Positions 8,037 through 11,781 of a DNA stretch of 11,781 nt are shown piece by piece (positions within the stretch are counted from its first letter, which is position 1; each line of letters begins with the position of its first letter). The DNA is taken from positions 1-11,781 of IMG/VR virus record IMGVR_UViG_3300026877_000093, one strand, 5' to 3'. A program made the translations under genes and the position numbers. The notes under the pieces were generated by a model. That model saw only the letters and a program-made list of their open reading frames with translations. It was not told the origin of the DNA and did no database searches.

Positions 8037-8513
8037 TTATAATTTACAAAATACAAATTCTCTATTATCATCAGTTATGAAAGTCAAAATTGTACCGTAA
8101 AGTTTTTTCATCAATTCAAATCTATTCTCAGTCCAGTCATGAATAGCAATACAATATTGTTTATATTTCTGCAATTCTTCAAATCTCAAATTTTTTTCAC
8201 ATCCTTCACAATCCATAATAAAAATGTCAGTATTCGGATACTCTTTACCAGTCCATTCCCCATTTATCTCAACTTTTTCACAAATTTGAAATTCTTTGCA
8301 AACTTTTTCTTTAAACCTCTTGTTTAACTCACCACTTTTTTCAAAACCAATTACTTTTTTAGCGTCTTTCAAAAGAAAATACAAAGCAGAACTTCCGCAA
8401 TCATTTCCAATTATTGTAATTGTTTTATCTTTAACATCTAATTTTCCATATGCTAAATTAAATTCATACCAATAACAACATCCTAATTTACAAAAATAAT
8501 CGTTATAATTCAT
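8037..8513 (-). CDS. SAM-dependent methyltransferase, FkbM-like (SIRV2 ORF158b-like), 158 aa
   Basis: Motif I-like TITIIGNDCGSSALYF, then AKKVIGFE (acidic end of beta-2) and FIMDCEGCE (FkbM K.D.EG.E-type). Size and synteny match. Confidence 0.85.
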   Translation of the reverse strand: MNYNDYFCKLGCCYWYEFNLAYGKLDVKDKTITIIGNDCGSSALYFLLKDAKKVIGFEKSGELNKRFKEKVCKEFQICEKVEINGEWTGKEYPNTDIFIMDCEGCEKNLRFEELQKYKQYCIAIHDWTENRFELMKKLYGTILTFITDDNREFVFCKL

Positions 8514-9319
8514 GAACTTATTACCTCAAACAAAGCGTAAACTGTAGTAGGGCCTGTGGCCCAAGCGTAAACGTTTGCCGGGTTATTTACATGTATCTCT
8601 AAACTATCATTTGGCAAAATCGGAAAGTTATTATAAATGTTGTTACCAATGTAAACTATATAATTACTTAAGTTTTGTAAAATTATTCTTGCAGTTTGCA
8701 ATGCCGAACCGGAATAAAGCGGGTTAGGTGTAGTACCAACATTAAGTTGTAAACCTTGTATAGTAGGAGGTGCTAAATATAACGTAAGCTGGTTTATTGT
8801 ATTTGCCAAACCGACAGTTGCTAAATAAATATAAAAAAGTGAATAAGCTAAATAATTAGAAACAGCATAAACTGCATTTTGCAAAGGAATTCCTAATTGT
8901 TGAGATACAGAATTTATTAAATTGTAAAATGACGCATAAAAATTTTGTAAATCTTGTTGTACTACGTTTGAAATTTCTTGCGGTAAATTAACAAGCGAAT
9001 TATAAAGTTGTTCATTACTGTACAAAATTGCGTTTATTTGGTCATTAGCAGTTGAAATAAAACCAGCAATATAAATAGGATCAAGTTCAGTTATTACAGG
9101 CTGGCCAGCAACATAAACATCATTATAAAAATAACCGGCATCGGCAATTATCCAATTCGGGATTACCAAATTCCCATTTTGGAGAATTGATGTTACTGCA
9201 TTTCCGCCGGTTTGATATAATTGGTTTAATAACAAAACGGCAGTATTCCACATACTTGATGTCAAACGCTGGAATGGTGAAGCCAACAAATCCGAAATTG
9301 ATGTATAAGTTACACTCAC
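8510..9319 (-). CDS. Conserved rudiviral protein (SIRV2 ORF269-like), 269 aa from a GTG start; probable paralogue of the ORF530 N-terminal part
   Basis: GTG at 9319 gives 269 aa (MSVTYTSISDLLASPFQRLTSSMWN...). The extension to 9364 in the ORF track runs through the promoter. Its stop overlaps the methyltransferase start (ATGA). Confidence 0.8.
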   Translation of the reverse strand: MSVTYTSISDLLASPFQRLTSSMWNTAVLLLNQLYQTGGNAVTSILQNGNLVIPNWIIADAGYFYNDVYVAGQPVITELDPIYIAGFISTANDQINAILYSNEQLYNSLVNLPQEISNVVQQDLQNFYASFYNLINSVSQQLGIPLQNAVYAVSNYLAYSLFYIYLATVGLANTINQLTLYLAPPTIQGLQLNVGTTPNPLYSGSALQTARIILQNLSNYIVYIGNNIYNNFPILPNDSLEIHVNNPANVYAWATGPTTVYALFEVISS

Positions 9320-9389
9320 AATTATTATTTTCTTACTTGGCAAAAATAAACATGCACAGCACATATATTATATTATGTATATGTGCTGT
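9320..9389 (-). promoter_or_regulatory. Promoter region of ORF269-methyltransferase, including a 12-bp inverted repeat
   Basis: TTTATTTTT-GCC with G at -22, ATATACATAATAT at -63..-51, and inverted repeat ACAGCACATATA (9356-9367) / TATATGTGCTGT (9378-9389). Confidence 0.65.
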
Positions 9390-9420
9390 AACACTTGTTG
9401 TAAATTAGTCCCGTAAAAAT

Positions 9421-9456
9421 TGTTATTTGTCATAAATTACAAATATAATTTGGTAA
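9421..9456 (+). promoter_or_regulatory. Putative GTC-type promoter of the glycosyltransferase
   Basis: TGTTATTT-GTCATA-N16-TGGTAA, matching the layout upstream of the GNAT gene. Confidence 0.45.
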
Positions 9457-9463
9457 CAAGAAA

Positions 9464-10534
9464 ATGAGTAAAACAATTTATTATGTACATCCTATGCACC
9501 ACGATGTTTCATTTAAATTTGTAGCAAAAGAACATATAAAAATGTTAAAAGAAAAATATACAGTTTATGAAATACCAATTTTATCTTTTTACCAATTTAC
9601 ACCTTTTAAATTTCCAATTTCCATAATTCATCCATTTTTTTACAGTATGTGGTATTGGGGAAAAATTGAATTTTCATTCTTTGAAACTTACAGAACTAAA
9701 GTAAGTGCCGTTTTAGGTGTAGAAGTTGCAGATACTAATAAAATTGCCGAAAAATACATCAATTATGCAAATAATTACGCCGATGCAATAATATTAAATT
9801 CGCAGTGGTCAATTAACGCATTTATAAACTCCGGCTTAAAAATACCAGCTTATAAAGTCGTACATAATTTTAACCCAAAATTATTAGCAAATGATAAAGA
9901 ATTAGAAATAGATAAACACGTTTCTTATATTGAAAAAATAAAAAATGAAAAGAAAATCAAATTAATATTTATTTCATTATGGCACTCGGATTTTAGAAAA
10001 GGAACCGATATTTTTCATGAAATAGCAAAAAAACTACAAAAAGAAAGAGATGATATTTACTTTTTAGTTAAAAGCGGTATGCCAAAAAATGATTTTAATG
10101 ATTTAAAAATGTTTAATGTAACAGGAGTAGTAAGTTTTGATAATATAGTTAAAATGTACAGAATTTCGGATTTATATTTATTAACTTCAAGAGGCGGGAG
10201 TTTTGAATTAAACGGTTTAGAAGCGTTTATTTCAAAAATTCCCGCAATTGCGACAAAAGGCGGGGCGTGGGAAGAATATTACCCATCTCAATTAAAAGAT
10301 TTACTAGTTGATCCTTGCAATTCTCCAACAGTTTTGCCGGGTAACCCAATACATGTAGGCCAGGGCGTGGAAATGTGTATTGATAAAGCAGTAAACAAAA
10401 TTTTGAAAGTTTTAGATAATTATGATAATTACAAAGCTAAAATTGAAGAAAATCATAGTTTTTGGCTAGAAAATTTTAGTTACCAAAATGTGAAAAAACA
10501 ACTAATAAATGTAGTTGAGAAATACATAAAATAA
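9464..10534 (+). CDS. GT-B fold glycosyltransferase (GT4 / Glycos_transf_1-like; SIRV2 ORF356-like), 356 aa
   Basis: Motifs ADAIILNSQWS, RKGTD, MYRISDLYLLTSRGGSFELNGLEA and PAIATKGGAWEEY. Same length as SIRV ORF356. Confidence 0.92.
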   Translation: MSKTIYYVHPMHHDVSFKFVAKEHIKMLKEKYTVYEIPILSFYQFTPFKFPISIIHPFFYSMWYWGKIEFSFFETYRTKVSAVLGVEVADTNKIAEKYINYANNYADAIILNSQWSINAFINSGLKIPAYKVVHNFNPKLLANDKELEIDKHVSYIEKIKNEKKIKLIFISLWHSDFRKGTDIFHEIAKKLQKERDDIYFLVKSGMPKNDFNDLKMFNVTGVVSFDNIVKMYRISDLYLLTSRGGSFELNGLEAFISKIPAIATKGGAWEEYYPSQLKDLLVDPCNSPTVLPGNPIHVGQGVEMCIDKAVNKILKVLDNYDNYKAKIEENHSFWLENFSYQNVKKQLINVVEKYIK

Positions 10535-10549
10535 AACCAAAATAAACAT

Positions 10550-10557
10550 AAAAAAAA
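10550..10557 (-). terminator. Oligo(T) archaeal terminator after acrIII-1
   Basis: T8 run on the minus strand, 13 nt past the stop at 10571. Confidence 0.5.
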
Positions 10558-10570
10558 TATTTAAAATAGA

Positions 10571-10930
10571 TTATGAAGAACTATAAACGTAAGTAAAACC
10601 AGTTAGCACTTTTATAAGTTTTAACTCATACCCAATTTTTTCGATTTCTTCAATTGTTTTTAGGACTTGCCCTTCTGCCAACCGCTGTTTTAAAGTAAAT
10701 ACTATAGCCTCATCACCTTCATCAAAATAAACTTGTATTCTGTTTACTGGAACTTCTACACCTAGCAACATGCTTAGTAATTTAGCAGTAACATCATGTC
10801 CAATTGCAGATATAAATTTTTGGTTTTGTACCAATTTTTTAGTATCATCAAGCGATATATTTCTTATAGCAACTACAATATTCTTTTTTGTAGGTATTAT
10901 TGGCGAATTTAATAAATATAAATTACCCAT
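10571..10930 (-). CDS. acrIII-1: AcrIII-1 viral ring nuclease (DUF1874; STIV B116 / AFV3 ORF109 / SIRV1 gp29 family), anti-type III CRISPR cA4 nuclease, 119 aa
   Basis: Family motifs LYLLNS, SAIGH (H45), NR (R64) and QRLAEG (R83, E86), spaced as the SIRV1 gp29 residues H47/R66/R85/E88. GGTGA RBS 6 nt upstream of the ATG. Confidence 0.93.
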   Translation of the reverse strand: MGNLYLLNSPIIPTKKNIVVAIRNISLDDTKKLVQNQKFISAIGHDVTAKLLSMLLGVEVPVNRIQVYFDEGDEAIVFTLKQRLAEGQVLKTIEEIEKIGYELKLIKVLTGFTYVYSSS

Positions 10931-10936
10931 TTTAAA

Positions 10937-11107
10937 TCACCAACATTCTTGCATATAACTTAAAACTCTTTTTTCTGAAATTCCTAGCAATTTCGCTATT
11001 TCTGACAAAGTATAACCTTGTACTGCAAGTTCATGCACTAGCTTAACAAAATCTTCTTTGTTTTGTATTACATATGTTTTGTTTCCAACTTGTACCTCTT
11101 TTTTCAT
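10937..11107 (-). CDS. Rudiviral Gp1-like HTH DNA-binding protein (SIRV1 ORF56a / SIRV2 ORF83 family), 56 aa
   Basis: ATG at 11107 gives MKKEVQVGNKTYVIQNKEDFVKLVHELAVQGYTLSEIAKLLGISEKRVLSYMQECW, with a clear HTH. It closely resembles the short SIRV1 Gp1 as recalled. The 74-aa call extends through the promoter. Confidence 0.85.
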   Translation of the reverse strand: MKKEVQVGNKTYVIQNKEDFVKLVHELAVQGYTLSEIAKLLGISEKRVLSYMQECW

Positions 11108-11117
11108 TTTGTCTATC

Positions 11118-11150
11118 CCATTATAAAATAAGAAATATGACATATTTATA
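11118..11150 (-). promoter_or_regulatory. TATA + GTC promoter of the gp1-acrIII-1 operon
   Basis: Minus strand TATAAATAT-GTCATA-N15-TGG. Confidence 0.65.
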
Positions 11151-11211
11151 CTATACTCCACAAAGCTATATTCCTAATATCATATATACAACTCGGCATT
11201 CTTTTACTTTA

Positions 11212-11314
11212 TTTGATTATAATCAAAGTAATGAAATAAATTATAGATGAAAAACAAATAAAATTAGAACTTATAATTATAATCACAATAATGCAATAAA
11301 TTATTGACAAAAAA
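11212..11314. repeat. 16-bp perfect palindrome overlapping an imperfect 39-bp direct repeat with a 60-bp period
   Basis: TTTGATTATAATCAAA at 11212-11227. 11216-11254 and 11276-11314 match at 33/39 positions. Confidence 0.65.
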
Positions 11315-11421
11315 ATAGAAAAAAAGAAAATAATTAGAAATAAGAAAGAATATAAAAATACCAAAACTAATAACAAGAAAAGAAAACAAAAAAGAAAAAA
11401 TATTTAACTTAAATTAAAAAA

Positions 11422-11676
11422 TTATTGAATTAAATATACTCGCTTTTTCATCCTTCCCGTTTCAGGGTTAATTTCCGTTTTTACGGAAATTAAACCCCTT
11501 TGTTGCAGTTTCTTTAACCTCGCTAACATATAATATTGATATTTTGATGCCCAAGCAAAATGAGATATTATATCTTCTTGCCATAATGAACCACCATTCT
11601 CAGCCAAAAGCTGGAGAATGGCTTTTTGCTTCTTACCCAATTTTTTCACGTTTATTTGTTTTTTCTCTCCTTCCAT
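11422..11676 (-). CDS. Winged helix-turn-helix protein (MarR-like), 84 aa
   Basis: Helix 1 LGKKQKAILQLLAENGG, recognition helix ending LKKLQQRGLI, wing ETGRMKKRVYL. RBS TGAGGT 8 nt upstream. Confidence 0.85.
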   Translation of the reverse strand: MEGEKKQINVKKLGKKQKAILQLLAENGGSLWQEDIISHFAWASKYQYYMLARLKKLQQRGLISVKTEINPETGRMKKRVYLIQ

Positions 11677-11727
11677 TTCCCTTTACCTCACTCTATATAT
11701 CTCACTCCTCACTTTTAAATTTTTCTG
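11677..11727 (-). promoter_or_regulatory. Strong BRE-TATA promoter and RBS of the wHTH gene
   Basis: Minus strand AGAAAAA-TTTAAAAG (11726-11712), then three AGTGAG copies and the TGAGGT RBS. Confidence 0.65.
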
Positions 11728-11781
11728 TAAACTTATACACACAAATTTTTACCTTTACTACCTTTCTCCGTTTTTTAACCT

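Noticed and set aside
9320-9364. Cys-rich N-terminal extension MCCACLFLPSKKIII of ORF269
   Set aside because: It is the translated promoter and inverted repeat. The GTG at 9319 fits the promoter spacing and the 269-aa length.
7573-10958. Short ORFs 7573-7770, 8139-8327, 9187-9408 and 10770-10958
   Set aside because: Antisense shadows of well-supported genes.
11108-11161. N-terminal extension of Gp1 to 74 aa, as in the longer SIRV2 form
   Set aside because: It spans the TATA-GTC promoter, so the 56-aa form is more plausible. A Met-Gly-stop mini-ORF at 11121-11113 is probably incidental.
11216-11314. Possible viral mini-CRISPR array
   Set aside because: Only two degenerate copies, no resemblance to Sulfolobales repeats ending in GAAAG/GAAAC, and a spacer of only ~21 nt.
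11730-11781. Inverted terminal repeat or hairpin end of the linear genome
   Set aside because: Gene content suggests the terminus is near, but an ITR cannot be shown without the other end of the genome.

Overview
AT-rich segment of a rod-shaped crenarchaeal virus (Rudiviridae, SIRV-like), covering the right part of the conserved core and running into the variable terminal region. Gene order: partial minor virion protein on the minus strand (SIRV2 ORF488-like, missed by the ORF track); GNAT-fold protein, Holliday junction resolvase and a 70-aa helical protein; 1058-aa terminal fibre protein; a convergent four-gene cassette (530-aa DUF2341-like virion protein, 316-aa solenoid protein, SAM methyltransferase, 269-aa protein); GT-B glycosyltransferase; and a minus-strand terminal cluster (wHTH, Gp1-like HTH, AcrIII-1 ring nuclease). 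Main observations: (1) ORF269 looks like a paralogue of the N-terminal part of ORF530, and the two genes face each other behind ungapped homologous promoters, suggesting an inverted duplication forming a co-regulated fibre/adhesin cassette; (2) the AcrIII-1 looks lipothrixvirus-like and sits in an operon with the Gp1-like gene, while a possible 4-codon scar lies where SIRV-type acrIII-1 normally is; (3) the GNAT has Mom-like motifs and CCGG is over-represented, hinting at DNA modification. Orthologue names come from recalled SIRV gene order, sizes and motifs, not from database searches.
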